NCBI GenBank assembly: GCA_049510745.1
Contig: JBEKYR010000022.1
Location: 19,591-83,590, forward strand
Origin: Verrucomicrobiota bacterium
GTDB taxonomy: Bacteria; Verrucomicrobiota; Verrucomicrobiia; Limisphaerales; Palsa-1400
Length of the DNA: 64,000 nucleotides
Direction of reading: 5' to 3'
Made by a program: the position numbers and the translations under genes. The notes below the pieces were generated by a model. The model was not told the origin of the DNA and did no database searches. It was given only the letters and a program-made list of their open reading frames with translations. This document shows, in pieces, positions 49,445 to 61,100 of the stretch; positions within the stretch are counted from its first letter, which is position 1; the number at the start of each line of letters is the position of its first letter.

Positions 49445-51142
49445 ATGAAAACGGAAAGCGTCTTCGCGGTCATTTTGGCGGTCCTGGCCCCTTGTCTGGC
49501 CGCCCTCGGCCAAACTGCTCCCCAGCCGGCGCCGGCGCCCGTGCCACCCTTGGCCGGGCCGGAAGCCGCCGCGACCAACACCGTTCCCGCGGGCGACGAT
49601 GTGGTCGATGTGGTGGCCTTTGACGGCGTGCCGTTGCCGGACGCGATACGGACGCTGGCGCTGCAGGCCGGGTTGAATATCCAATTTGATCCCAAGCTCA
49701 TCAACGCGGTTGGACCCGATGGCCACCCCGTGACACCGCCCACTGTCACCGAGAAATGGCACAAGCTCACGGCCATGCAGGCCTTGCAGGCTTTGCTGGA
49801 CAACTGGGGCTGGCAAATGGTGTGGGACGCGCGCACCAAAATCGGACGCATCACGGCCAAGGACGCCAGCGCGCTGGAGCCGCTGGTGGTGACGGTGGTG
49901 GCCCTCAGATACGCCAATCCCACCAACATGATCGCCCTGGTCCTGCCCACCCTTTCCACCCGCAGCACGATCAGCGCCGACTCGCGCACACGCCAACTCA
50001 TCGTGCGCACCACGGAGAAGGAACTGGCCGGAGCCGAGGCGCTCATCGCCAAATTGGACTCCGCCACCCGGCAGGTCCTGGTGGAAGCGAAAATTTTTGA
50101 AACGAGCAAGGACATCAATTCGGCCAAGGGAGTGGATTGGAGCGGAACGCTGGCCGCCCAACACGTCAGCTTTGGCAATGGCCTGACCTCGGGGACGACC
50201 GTTGCGGGCACCCAGGTCAACAGCGGAACGGCTGGCGCTTCCACCACTCTGTCGCCGGGCGGATCGACGATCACGGGTACGGGCAGTTCGGCTGCGAGCA
50301 TACTTTCCAGCAATGTCTCCACTTTTACCACCTCCATTCTAGGTTCACCGGCGGCAGGGGGCGGCTTTACCGCCAATACTTCCCGCGGCATCAACCCGTC
50401 CATCGCCTTTCTCAACGCCGATGGCCTCCAGGCCGTGCTTTCGTTCCTGAACACCGACACCGACACCAAGACGATCGCGTCCCCGAGGGGAGTCGCCCTG
50501 GATGGATCGCCGACGGAGTTGATGGTCATCAACAACGTCCCTATTTTCCAGCAGACGCAAAGCGCGCCCGCGGCGGGAGCGGCCCAGGGTCTGGCCACGG
50601 TCGAACCCGTTTACGATAAGACGGTGGGCGGCACGATCCTGAACGAAGTCGGTGTCAAACTGACGGTGACGCCGAAAATCGCCGGTCCAACCAACGTCCT
50701 GTTGGAAGTCCGGCCGGAGATTTCGCAGCAACAGGGGCAAGTCAGCCAGACGTTGAACGGGCAAAACAATACCGCGCCCATTTTCAGCCGCACCAGGATA
50801 GTGACCCAGGCGTCGGTTCCCAGCGGCTACACGCTGGTCCTGGGCGGGTTGGACCAGGACGTGGCGACGAAAAACTTTACCAAAGTGCCCTTCCTGGGCG
50901 ATCTGCCGGGGGTGGGCTACGTTTTCCGCAGCGACAACAAAACCCATTCGAAGCAAACCATCCTGATCTTCGTCACGCCCACCATCATCCGGGACCAGGA
51001 TTTTCAGCCGTCCGAAAGCAAGTTTCTCAAACGGAAACAGGAGTCGCCATCCGGAATCGGCGAGCCGCCTTGGGACACGGGAGCGCCCTATGATTGGACC
51101 AAGCCCGAAAACAACGGCATCGCTCCGGAGTATAAGCCTTAA
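49445..51142 (+). CDS. Secretin (PilQ/GspD family)
   Basis: DSRTRQLIV N3 domain, QVLVEAKIFE, VGVKLTVTPKI, GYTLVLGGL, KVPFLGDLPGVGYVF, IFVTPTII. Confidence 0.93.
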   Translation: MKTESVFAVILAVLAPCLAALGQTAPQPAPAPVPPLAGPEAAATNTVPAGDDVVDVVAFDGVPLPDAIRTLALQAGLNIQFDPKLINAVGPDGHPVTPPTVTEKWHKLTAMQALQALLDNWGWQMVWDARTKIGRITAKDASALEPLVVTVVALRYANPTNMIALVLPTLSTRSTISADSRTRQLIVRTTEKELAGAEALIAKLDSATRQVLVEAKIFETSKDINSAKGVDWSGTLAAQHVSFGNGLTSGTTVAGTQVNSGTAGASTTLSPGGSTITGTGSSAASILSSNVSTFTTSILGSPAAGGGFTANTSRGINPSIAFLNADGLQAVLSFLNTDTDTKTIASPRGVALDGSPTELMVINNVPIFQQTQSAPAAGAAQGLATVEPVYDKTVGGTILNEVGVKLTVTPKIAGPTNVLLEVRPEISQQQGQVSQTLNGQNNTAPIFSRTRIVTQASVPSGYTLVLGGLDQDVATKNFTKVPFLGDLPGVGYVFRSDNKTHSKQTILIFVTPTIIRDQDFQPSESKFLKRKQESPSGIGEPPWDTGAPYDWTKPENNGIAPEYKP

Positions 51143-51156
51143 ACAGGATTGTTTTT

Positions 51157-54100
51157 ATGACACTCAATCGCACAGAGCAGGCGTGCGGGAAAAGGTGGCG
51201 GCCCGGTTTGGGGGCGGCGCTGGCGGCTCTCGGCTGGCTGGCCTTTGCCTGGTGCGCCAGCGCCCAGGTGTCGGTCCAAACCGTCGGCGGCGGGGTGCGG
51301 ACCGAATGCGGCTCCACCGCGGGATTTGTCGCCGGCAACACCTATGAAAAAGCCCAGTTCAACGCGCCTTACGCCGCCGCGCTGGACGCGCAGGGCAATT
51401 TATGGCTGGCGGACAGGAACAATTCCGACATCGAGCAGATCAGCCAGGCCGGCAACCGCAGCAGCAGTGTGACGGCCCACTACGGATTCGGATCGCCGGC
51501 CAACTATCACGCGCTCACCAATATCAACGGGGTCGCGCTCGATCCGAGCGGCAACCTGTATGTTTTGCTGCCCCAAAACGGCGCCGTTCTGAAGTTTCAG
51601 GTGGCCGGGCAATTCCTCGACGAGTTGGCCTATGCGCAGTTTCCCAGTGTCTCGGCGCCGGCCACCGCGATGTTGGTCGATTTCAACTCCAACGTCTTTG
51701 TCGCCTTCACCAATGGGAGCATCATCCGTTTTACGCTGACCAATGGCGTGACCAGCGCGCCGTATCAGTATATTGTCAACGGTTTCAACTGGCAGCCGGC
51801 CGGGATGACCTTATGCGCCAACGGCTACCTTGCCGTCAGCGATACGCTCAATGATGCGATCTACGAGGTGCCCGCGATCCCCAACTCGACCCCGACTCTG
51901 CTCACCGGGGGCGGGGCGGGGTGGGTGGACGGCCCCCCTGCTTACGCCAAGTTTCAGAACCCGCACGGCCTGGCGGCATCGCAAGACGGGCGGATTGTCG
52001 TTTGCGACACCGGGAATAACCGCTTGCGGATCATCGACGCCTCGACCAATACGTCCACTCTTTACGGAACCAGCACCAATGTTTGGCCGGCGACCTGCTG
52101 TAGTTGCTATCCGGATGCCCTTTACGCCGGGTGGGTGGACGGCCCCGCGGGCATCACCTCGACCAGCGCAGCGGGCCGCGCGCCCGTCAGCGTGCTCATC
52201 GCCTCTTCCGGCGCCTTGTTTGTCACCGAACTGTATTACAACTTGATCCGAACCGTCTCCGGCAGCGGGCTGACGCCGGTCAATACCGCGGCCACCTTGC
52301 CGGTGGCCGTCACGACGGCGGCTTCCGCCATCACGGCCACAAACGCGACGTTGAACGGGACGGTCAATCCCGGCGGGGACCCGGCGGGCTATTATTTTGA
52401 ATGGGGCACCAACGCCAGTTACGGGAACTATTCGCCGACGAATGTCCTGTCCGCCAACTTGACAGGCGCCAATGCGGTCGCCTGGGCCATGACCAATGTG
52501 GCGCTCAGTCCGGGGACAACCTATCATTTCCAATTGGTGGCGACCAACAGTCTCGGCGTCACCAACGGCGGGGACCAATCCTTCGTCACACTCGCCCTTT
52601 CGGGGACGGTCGCCACGCTGCCGGCCACCAATGTCACGGCGACGGGCGCGACGTTGCTGGCGTCGGTCAATCCCGGCGGGGATGTGACCTCGGTTGATTT
52701 CCAGTGGGGCACGAGCACCAACTACAGCAACGTCACGGCCGCGACAAACCTGACGAACAACCTGAACAGCACCGTGACGGTGGCGATCCCGGTGACCAAT
52801 TTACAGGGGGGAACAACTTATTACTACCAGGTGGTGGCTTACAATAGCGCGGGAACCAGCTACGGCAGCCAGTTGATCTTCACGACGCTGACACTTCCGC
52901 CGCCCACGATTACCTTTGGCCCCGGCGCCGGCTACTTCCCCGAATGCGTGACGATTTCCGTGACCAGCAGCGTGCCGGCGGTTTATTACACCACCGATGG
53001 CAGCGCGCCGACGACCAGCAGCGCGGAAGCGACGATCATAGCGACCAATTCAACCAACTACATCGAGGCGTTCCAATGGTGCAATTCACAGCATGACCTG
53101 AGCAGTCTGCGCCTGCTGGCCTTCAATGGCAGCAACTCCAGCACCGTCGTCCAGGGCAGCGCCCCCACGACCAACCTCATCGGTTTCCCGCAGACGACCT
53201 ACGCCGGCTCCGGCTCGACGGCCTACATCCCCATCGTGGTGGACATGCAGAGCAACGGCGTGCTGCAGTCGCTGCAATTCCGCGCCGAAATCGCCGCGAA
53301 CGGGGCCGCGCCGGCGATTTCCAACGTGACGTTGCAGCCGATCACGTCGGGTGATTTCGTGGCATTGGTCGGGCCGGCGCCCGGCAACGCGCCGGTCACC
53401 TACCAAACTTTCGCTTACACCAATCCGGTCAACAATGCCTTTGGCCTGGTCATTGCCACCGAGCCCGGTTCCGGATTGAGCATCCAGGGGTTTGCCGTGG
53501 CGGTTTTGCTCCGGGTGCCGATTCCCAAGAGCGCGGCTTTCGGCAACAGTTACAGTCTCAGCGTGCTCTATCCGTCCGGCACCTCCGACGGCATCGCCAA
53601 CGCGGTGGGAATGACGACCAATCCGGCGGCGGCGTTGATGATTATGGACAAGGCTTACATGTCGGGCGACTGTTCACCCGCCAACGGCTACAACGCCGGC
53701 GAGTTTGGAAACGGGTCGCTGGACGACAGCGATGCCAACACTATTCTCTATGCCTTGGTGGGCATCCGCAAGCCTTACGCCGACAGCGATGCGTTCAACG
53801 CCATGGATGTGTTCCCGGAAACGAACAACCTGGCAAAGTTCGGCCAGGGGCATCTGGTCTATTTGGATTGGCAAATTACGCTCGATCGCGCCTTGGGCTT
53901 GAATACAAATAATTGGGTTCGTTTTTGGGCCAACGGCGCTCTGGCGCACTCGGATGATTTCGTCTGGACGCCGGGCGGCACGCCGGTGGTTCTGTCGGAC
54001 GAATCTTCGGGCAGAGCGCCCCAAAAGCTGGCTCTGAGCGGCACGCCGCCGGGTTTGGTCTGGTTCTGTCAGGCCTCGATCGGCGCGGGCAACGCGGTTG

Positions 54101-54882
54101 AGTTGATTCCGGGCAACACCTGTTCCCTTCCTGTTTATGCCAGGGTTCTGCCGGGCTACAGTCTCTGGGGGATGGATTTCCGCGCCGTCGTCACGCCCAA
54201 TGGCGCCGCGCCGGCGGTCGGCCAGGTCCAGTTTAATGCCGCTCCCGGAATTCCGCCGCCCTCGGTGCTTCCCGGCCTGTCTTCCAACGATATTGTCTGC
54301 GCCTGGTCCCTGGGTTCTTTCGAGCCGCCGTTGGAGAACAGCAATTACATCGGCTCCATCAGCTTCCAGGTCCCGCCGGCTGCCGCGCGGGGGCAATCCT
54401 ATTCCTTGCATTTCATTGGCGCGGGCGGCGCGCCCGATGCCACGACGTCTTACCAACTGGAAAGCTTCCCCGCCACCGCCTGCGTTGAGTCCGCCGCCCT
54501 GCCCACTCCCTCTCTCACGTCGGACGACTGGAAGCTCGCCTTTTTTGGGAGCCTTACCAATTCCCTGGCGGCTGATAATGTCGATGCCGACGGCGATGGC
54601 ATGCCCAACTGGCAGGAATATCTGGCCGGCACCAATCCGACCGACGCCACTTCCTGCCTGCGATTCAGCAGCGCCGCTTTTAACGCCGCCGGCCTGCCGG
54701 GCGTTGCGCTCAATTGGCTGACCGCGCCGGACAAGACTTATGTCGTGGAATCACAGCCGGCTTTGGGAGGCACGAACTGGACTGCCGTCAACACCAACAG
54801 CGGCGATGGCAATTACTACCAATTGCTCATCACCAATTACAGCGGCAGCGCCCGCTTCTACCAAATCCGCCTGCAGCCATGA
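51157..54882 (+). CDS. Large secreted protein A: NHL repeats, 2 FN3/Ig-like repeats, chitobiase-C-like module, cohesin-like, dockerin-like, cohesin-like, DxDGDG motif, C-terminal domain
   Basis: FNAPYAAALD, FQNPHGLA, ATLNGTVNP..YHFQLVATN x2, YYTTDGSAP, DADGDGMPNWQEYLAGTNP, ends RFYQIRLQP. Confidence 0.85.
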   Translation: MTLNRTEQACGKRWRPGLGAALAALGWLAFAWCASAQVSVQTVGGGVRTECGSTAGFVAGNTYEKAQFNAPYAAALDAQGNLWLADRNNSDIEQISQAGNRSSSVTAHYGFGSPANYHALTNINGVALDPSGNLYVLLPQNGAVLKFQVAGQFLDELAYAQFPSVSAPATAMLVDFNSNVFVAFTNGSIIRFTLTNGVTSAPYQYIVNGFNWQPAGMTLCANGYLAVSDTLNDAIYEVPAIPNSTPTLLTGGGAGWVDGPPAYAKFQNPHGLAASQDGRIVVCDTGNNRLRIIDASTNTSTLYGTSTNVWPATCCSCYPDALYAGWVDGPAGITSTSAAGRAPVSVLIASSGALFVTELYYNLIRTVSGSGLTPVNTAATLPVAVTTAASAITATNATLNGTVNPGGDPAGYYFEWGTNASYGNYSPTNVLSANLTGANAVAWAMTNVALSPGTTYHFQLVATNSLGVTNGGDQSFVTLALSGTVATLPATNVTATGATLLASVNPGGDVTSVDFQWGTSTNYSNVTAATNLTNNLNSTVTVAIPVTNLQGGTTYYYQVVAYNSAGTSYGSQLIFTTLTLPPPTITFGPGAGYFPECVTISVTSSVPAVYYTTDGSAPTTSSAEATIIATNSTNYIEAFQWCNSQHDLSSLRLLAFNGSNSSTVVQGSAPTTNLIGFPQTTYAGSGSTAYIPIVVDMQSNGVLQSLQFRAEIAANGAAPAISNVTLQPITSGDFVALVGPAPGNAPVTYQTFAYTNPVNNAFGLVIATEPGSGLSIQGFAVAVLLRVPIPKSAAFGNSYSLSVLYPSGTSDGIANAVGMTTNPAAALMIMDKAYMSGDCSPANGYNAGEFGNGSLDDSDANTILYALVGIRKPYADSDAFNAMDVFPETNNLAKFGQGHLVYLDWQITLDRALGLNTNNWVRFWANGALAHSDDFVWTPGGTPVVLSDESSGRAPQKLALSGTPPGLVWFCQASIGAGNAVELIPGNTCSLPVYARVLPGYSLWGMDFRAVVTPNGAAPAVGQVQFNAAPGIPPPSVLPGLSSNDIVCAWSLGSFEPPLENSNYIGSISFQVPPAAARGQSYSLHFIGAGGAPDATTSYQLESFPATACVESAALPTPSLTSDDWKLAFFGSLTNSLAADNVDADGDGMPNWQEYLAGTNPTDATSCLRFSSAAFNAAGLPGVALNWLTAPDKTYVVESQPALGGTNWTAVNTNSGDGNYYQLLITNYSGSARFYQIRLQP

Positions 54883-57800
54883 GTAACATACTTCCATTTC
54901 CAATTGAGAAACCGAAGCCCAAGGCGATTTGGGGCCTTCTGGCTGCGGCCCTGTTTGCGACTCCGCTTCACGCTCAGTTCGTCAGCACCCTCATCTCCAC
55001 CAACCTGCTGCAGCCGGACTCTGTTGCCGCCGACGCCGCCGGAAACCTGTATGTGACGGATTCCGCCGACAATCGCATCGTCGAGTACTCGCCCGGTTCC
55101 GGAACAACCAGCATCCTGGCCGGCGGATTCTCGCAGCCATTGGGCATCGTGGCGGCCCGCGGCGGGCTGGTGGTGGTCGATCAAGACAACCAACTGATTC
55201 GGCTGGTGAGTTTCACCGGAACGGTCACCAACCTGGCCGGAACGGAGGGATCCGTCGGCGCCAGCAACGGACCGGGCGCCGGCGCCACTTTCAGTTATCC
55301 AGTGGGCATCGCGGCCGACGGCGCGGGCAACCTCTACGTGGCGGACTGGGGAAACAACCTGATCCGCGAAATTTATACGAACAATTATGTCACGAACGTC
55401 GCGACCGGCGGTTATCAATTCAACGGGCCGACGGCGGTGGCGGTGGACAACAACAGCAATCTCTGGGTCGCCGATGCCGGCAACGAGGTGATTTGCATGG
55501 TCAGCAACGGCGTTGCCACGGTGATCGCGGGAGCGACGGGGCAACCCGGAACCAACGACGCCACGGTGGCGACCAACGCGCACTTCAACGCCCCGGGCGG
55601 TTTGCTTTGGGACACAGTCAATAATAGGCTTTTGATCAGCGATTCGGGCAACGGCGCCATCCGCAGCCTCTTTTTGTCGAACTCCCTTTACGCTGTCCAG
55701 ACCATCGCCGGCACTCCCGGCCAGCCTGGAAACGCGGAGGGACTGCCTGGCGCCGCCAAATTCGGTTATCCGGTCGGGATTTGCGTTGACAGCGTGGATT
55801 CCGGCTTTTACATCGCGGATTTCGGGAACAACTCCGTGCGGGTGTTGCAGCCCAGCGCGCCGCAGCCGCCCGTTTCCACGCCCCAGATCGGCTATGTCAG
55901 TTATCCGGCCACTGCGAATCCCGCCTATACGTCGGTCTTCATTCCATCGACCGGCGCGACTTTCAACAATCTGACAAACATCGTGATCGACGCCGAGACA
56001 GGCACGCAGACGTACGTCAGCTACGGCCCCACCGGCTCGGCCATCCCCCTGCCGGGGCCGGGCAGCACGCAGCCGCTGATTTATCCCGGCGACGGCTCAA
56101 CTGCGAGCCAAGTTGCCGGTTCGGCCCTGGTGTTTGGCGCCGGCACCAACGACATTACAATTTATGCCATTGGGGAAGCGAACGGCCGGCGGCCGAGCGC
56201 GGTGGCCAGCGCCCGTTTCCAGTTTATCGCTGCCAACCCGATCATTACCGGCGATAACGCCGCCGCCATTCTCCTGACCGATAGCACCATCGGCTCGACC
56301 CTCTACTACACGACGGACGGCTCGTCGCCGACCAACAATGGGAGCAGTCCGGGCGTGGCCAGCGGAACAACCCTGTCCCTTCTCATCACCACCAACGTCA
56401 CCCTCGAGGTGCGCGCGTTTGCGGCCGGTTTTGCCGCCAGCCAAGCGGTCAGCACCCAACTGACCATCTCGAACTTTGTCGGCAACCAGGTTGGTTTTCC
56501 CCAGAGCCATGCGGCGGGCATCGGAGCGACGGCGATACTTCCCATCGCCCTGGCCATGGCGCAAAGCAACGCGGTTCTGGAGTCCATTCAATTCCGGGTT
56601 GAAGTCGCGCCCCTCGGGGGGAACACCAACATGATCTCCTCCTTGAGCCTGCTGCCGATGACGAGCGGGGATTTTGTTCCCTGGCTCGGTCCTGCGCCGG
56701 GAAATGCGCCGGTGAATTATGTGACCCTTCCTTATACGTCCGGCAAGGTCCAGGGCCTGGCCATTGCCACGCAGACCAATTCCGGGTTTTCCATCCAAGG
56801 CGCCGGCGTGGTGGCGCTGCTGGAGATTCCCATCCCCAAGACCGATTCCTTTAACGACCAGTACAGCCTGTCCATTATCAACCCGTCCGGCACGTCGGAC
56901 GGCAACCAGGCAAATGTGCCGCTGGTGGCCATGTCAAACCAAACGCTGACGATCTCCAATCCCCGCTATCTGGCCGGGGACAGTTCGCCCGCCACGGGAT
57001 ATGATGCCGGGGAATTCGGCGACCAAATCCTGAACAATAGCGACGTCAACAACGCTCTTTATGCTTCGGCCCTCATCCGCGTTCCCCCCGTGTTTAGCGA
57101 CGCCCACAACGCCATGGATGTCTATCCGCCGCCCGCGGGCGACGGACAAATCACCTTTTTGGATTGGGTGACAATTCTCAGACGCTCCCTCGGTCTGGAT
57201 CCAAATTATTGCATCCGCTATCGAACCAACAATGGCGTCATCTTTCAGGAAGTGACGAACTGGACCAACTCCAATACGCCCATTCCGCTCACCGCGCCAC
57301 AGTCCGGGTCCTCCGGCACGCCTGGCATTTCAAAAGAATCTTTGAGCAATACGCCGCCGGGGTTGGTCTGGCTCCGGCAGGCCGTCATTGGCGCCGAGAC
57401 TGAAACCAACGTGGCGCCCGGCTCGGTTTGTTCCATTCCGGTCTATGTGAAGGTCTCGCCCGGCTACAGTCTGGCCGGCCTGCAATTCCGCGCCATTCTT
57501 TCCGCCGAGGGCGGCGCTCCGGCTCCCGGCGCCATCGCGTTCTCGCCCGCGGGCGGCGTCCCCACCCCGATCCAATTGCCGGGGCTGGCCGCCAGTGACA
57601 TCGTGTGCGCGTGGGCGCCTGGAGCCTTCTCTCAGTCCCTGCAAAACAGGAATTATCTCGGCGTCATTACGTTCCGGGTTCCGTCCGCCGCCCAAGCGGG
57701 GCAGTCTTATGCGGTGCATTTTGTCGGAGTGGATGGCGCGCCGGATACGCAGACTTCCTACCAGTTGGAAAGCTTTCCGGGATGGATCTGGGTGAACTCG

Positions 57801-58190
57801 GCGGCGCTGCAACCGCCGCAGATCAGCTCCGACGAGTGGCGGGTCTTCTTCTTCGGCAGCCTGACCAACAGCCTGGCCGCGGACAATGTCGATGCCGACG
57901 GGGACGGCATGCCAAACTGGATGGAGTATCTGGCCGGAACCGACCCGACCGACCCGCTTTCCAGGTTCCAATTCACCACGGCGGGCATCAACACGAACGG
58001 CATCGGCGGAGTCGGCTTGGGCTGGCTGACCGCTCCGGGCAAGACCTACGTTTTGGAATCCATCCCGGTCCTGGGCGGGACCCATTGGACGGCCATCAAT
58101 ACCAATGTGGGTGATGGCAACAACTATCAATTCGTTCAAACCAACTACAGCGGCGCCTCCCGCTTCTATCAACTTCGCCTGCAGCCATGA
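54879..58190 (+). CDS. Large secreted protein B, paralog: NHL repeats, chitobiase-C-like, cohesin-dockerin-cohesin-like, C-terminal domain
   Basis: Start MSNILP at 54879 (ATGA overlap); FSYPVGIAAD, FNGPTAVAVD, GDGQITFLDWVTILRRSLG; ends RFYQLRLQP. Confidence 0.85.
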   Translation: MSNILPFPIEKPKPKAIWGLLAAALFATPLHAQFVSTLISTNLLQPDSVAADAAGNLYVTDSADNRIVEYSPGSGTTSILAGGFSQPLGIVAARGGLVVVDQDNQLIRLVSFTGTVTNLAGTEGSVGASNGPGAGATFSYPVGIAADGAGNLYVADWGNNLIREIYTNNYVTNVATGGYQFNGPTAVAVDNNSNLWVADAGNEVICMVSNGVATVIAGATGQPGTNDATVATNAHFNAPGGLLWDTVNNRLLISDSGNGAIRSLFLSNSLYAVQTIAGTPGQPGNAEGLPGAAKFGYPVGICVDSVDSGFYIADFGNNSVRVLQPSAPQPPVSTPQIGYVSYPATANPAYTSVFIPSTGATFNNLTNIVIDAETGTQTYVSYGPTGSAIPLPGPGSTQPLIYPGDGSTASQVAGSALVFGAGTNDITIYAIGEANGRRPSAVASARFQFIAANPIITGDNAAAILLTDSTIGSTLYYTTDGSSPTNNGSSPGVASGTTLSLLITTNVTLEVRAFAAGFAASQAVSTQLTISNFVGNQVGFPQSHAAGIGATAILPIALAMAQSNAVLESIQFRVEVAPLGGNTNMISSLSLLPMTSGDFVPWLGPAPGNAPVNYVTLPYTSGKVQGLAIATQTNSGFSIQGAGVVALLEIPIPKTDSFNDQYSLSIINPSGTSDGNQANVPLVAMSNQTLTISNPRYLAGDSSPATGYDAGEFGDQILNNSDVNNALYASALIRVPPVFSDAHNAMDVYPPPAGDGQITFLDWVTILRRSLGLDPNYCIRYRTNNGVIFQEVTNWTNSNTPIPLTAPQSGSSGTPGISKESLSNTPPGLVWLRQAVIGAETETNVAPGSVCSIPVYVKVSPGYSLAGLQFRAILSAEGGAPAPGAIAFSPAGGVPTPIQLPGLAASDIVCAWAPGAFSQSLQNRNYLGVITFRVPSAAQAGQSYAVHFVGVDGAPDTQTSYQLESFPGWIWVNSAALQPPQISSDEWRVFFFGSLTNSLAADNVDADGDGMPNWMEYLAGTDPTDPLSRFQFTTAGINTNGIGGVGLGWLTAPGKTYVLESIPVLGGTHWTAINTNVGDGNNYQFVQTNYSGASRFYQLRLQP
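55872..56489 (+). repeat. ~600-bp near-identical segment shared with 59249-59866 (genes B and C)
   Basis: Both begin GTTTCCACGCCCCAGATCGGCTATGTCAGTTATCCGGCCACTGCGA and stay aligned, with long identical runs, to the GNQ codons. Confidence 0.92.
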
Positions 58191-61100
58191 GCCAGCATCT
58201 TTATCCTTCATTCGGACTGTCCGCGGGGCATCGGCGCCTCCTGGGCATTGTCGCCCTGACACTGCTCGCCGCCGGCGCCCAGGCCCAGTTCGTCGCCACC
58301 GTCGTTTCCTCCAATTTGTTCGAGCCGAACAGCGTGGCCGTTGACATCAACGGCAACGCCTACCTCACCGACGCCTCCGACAACCGGATTGTCAAGTTTA
58401 TTCCCAGCAGCGGAGTGGCCTCGACCCTCGCCGGCGTGTCCGGCCAATTCAGCTACGGAACAAACGACGGCTTGGGGTCGGCCGCGCGGTTTAACCAGCC
58501 CCTGGGAATCGTCGCCGTCTCGAGCGGCCTGGTCGTCGTGGATCAGGGCAACCAGGAGCTTCGCTTCGTCAGTTTTGCGGGAGCGGTGTCCCACTTTGCC
58601 GGCGTGGCCGGAGTGGCCGGGACGAATGACGGACCCGGGGCCACGGCCAACTTTAATTATCCCTCGGGCATTGCCAGTGATGGCCAGGGCAATTTTTACG
58701 TCGCCGACCAGGGCAACAATCTCATCCGCAAAATCGATTCCAGCACCAATGTCACCACGGTTTCCGTCACCAACGGTTATCAATTCAACGAGCCGACAGG
58801 CGTGGCGGTGGACAACAACAGCAACATTTGGGTGGCCGATACCGGCAACAACGTCATCTGCATGATCAGCAACCAGGCGGTTGCCGTCATCGCTGGAACC
58901 AGCGGGGTGAGCGGCTTCGACGATTCCACCACGGCGTCCAGCGCCCTGTTCTCGGGGCCGACGGGCCTCCTTTGGGTCCCGGTTGGCCCCAGTCTCCTGA
59001 TCGCCGACACCGGCAACAACGTGCTCCGCAGTCTCTTTCTCACCAATGCCACCGGATCAGTCGGTTACGCCGTGCAAACAGTGGTCGGCGTTGCCGGGCA
59101 GGCGCACTTGGTGGATGGGGCGCCTGGGACCGCCGAATTCGTTGCGCCCGTCGGGTTGAGTGTGGACCCCTATGACTCGGGCTTTTATGTGGTGGATCGC
59201 GGCGCCAATGCCTTGCGCACGTATCAGCCGAATGCGCCTCAACCGCAGGTTTCCACGCCCCAGATCGGCTATGTCAGTTATCCGGCCACTGCGATTCCCG
59301 CCTATTCTTCGGTCTTCATTCCATCGACCGGCGCGACCTTCAACAATCTCACGAACATTGTGGTCAACGCCGAGACAGGCACGCAGACGTACGTCAGCTA
59401 CGGACAAACCGGCTCGGCCATCCCCCTGCCGGGACCGGGCAGCACGCAGCCGCTGATCTATCCCGGCGACGGCTCAACCGCGAGCCAAGTTGCCGGTTCG
59501 GCCCTGGTGTTTGGCGCCGGCACCAACGACATTACGATCTATGCCGTTGGGGAAGCGAACGGCCGGCGGGCCAGCGCGGTGGCCAGCGCCCGTTTCCAGT
59601 TTATCACCGCCAACCCGGTCATTACCGGCGATAACGCCGCCGGCATTCTCCTGACCGACAGCACGGTCGGATCGAGCCTGTATTACACAACCGGCGCTTC
59701 GGCCCCGACCAACGATGGGAGCAGCCCGGGCGTGGCCAGCGGAACAAGCTTGTCCCTTGACATCACCAGCAACGTCACCCTCCAAGTGCGCGCGTTTGCG
59801 GCCGGCATGGCCGCCAGCCAGGTGGTCAGCAACCAATTCTCGGTCTCCAACGTGGTGGGGAACCAGTTGACCTGGGGATTCTCCAGCGGCCCTGTTTCCA
59901 CCCACTTCATCACCGCTCTCAATTTGCTCTTTGACGCTCCCGTCACGTTTACCGAACTGGCCGGCAGTCTTGAAATTTACACATTGCAGCTTGACTTGAC
60001 CGTGACCAACAACGGCGCGACACCGCCCCCGGCCTTAACCCCGGCAAACTTTGCATCCGACCTGCTGCAACCGATTCCAAACGTGCCCAACGCGTATAAG
60101 CCAATTCCCCCGGGCATGTTCATCAATGGCGTTACCAACGCCGGCGTTATCGACACCCAGCCTAACACCTTGGAGATCTTCTGGCTTGTGACCCCTGCGG
60201 TGTCCAATTTATACACCAGCGCGGAACTTCTTCAATTCTCTGGCGCCGCCCAAACGCTCTTCGACCTCGATACCGTGGGAGTGGCAGTTGTCGGAGATTT
60301 GTCATTTGTTGTCCCGGCCGGCGCCACGCCCGGCGCTCCTTATACCCTTCAAATCCGCTATCCCTCGGCCAGTTCCTATTACGCCCCGCAGATTGGCGGG
60401 CCGCCGATCAATGTTTTTGTCCAGGCTCCCACCAACGGCCCGCTCACCAACACGGGCCTGAACTCCGTCAAATTGGTTACCGTTCTCTCCAATAATTCGC
60501 CGGCCAGCGCCCATCTCGTCGGCGACGTCTTCCCATACACCTGGTATAATATCGGGGATTTCGGCGATGGCTTTTTGCTCAATGATGATGTTATTGAAAC
60601 CATGGAATACGCCGGAACCCGCGGCTTTGCCAACAACCCTTTCTATGACGCCATGGATTCCTCCGACGGCACCGTCAACAACTATTACACCGCCACCGAC
60701 TCGACGATTGACACCATCACCACGGGCGATGGCGTCATCAACGTCGATGATGTCTATGTCACCCTTCGCCGCTCCCTGGACCCGAGCCTTCTCAATTACC
60801 AAAGGATTTGGTCCGGCTCGGCCTGGGTGCCGGCGGTTTACACCAACTCGGTGCAATTGAGCGCCAAATCTTCCTCCCCGTCCCGGCCGCCGGTGAAGAT
60901 GGCTCTGAACGGCCCGCGTTATATCACCGTCGCGGCCGATCAAGTTCAATCCGGCGGAAACTTGACGGCGCAGGTGCCCATCCGTGTATTGGCGGCCGAC
61001 ACCCTGCCCGTGCGAGTATTCATGCTCAACGTCGATATCGAGCCGCTGGACGGCTCGCCTGCCGTTGCCGGCGCCGTCAGTTTTTCGCCGGCGGCCGGTC

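Noticed and set aside
55872..59866. Diversity-generating retroelement template/variable repeat pair
   Set aside because: No reverse transcriptase nearby, both copies are coding, and differences are not confined to adenines
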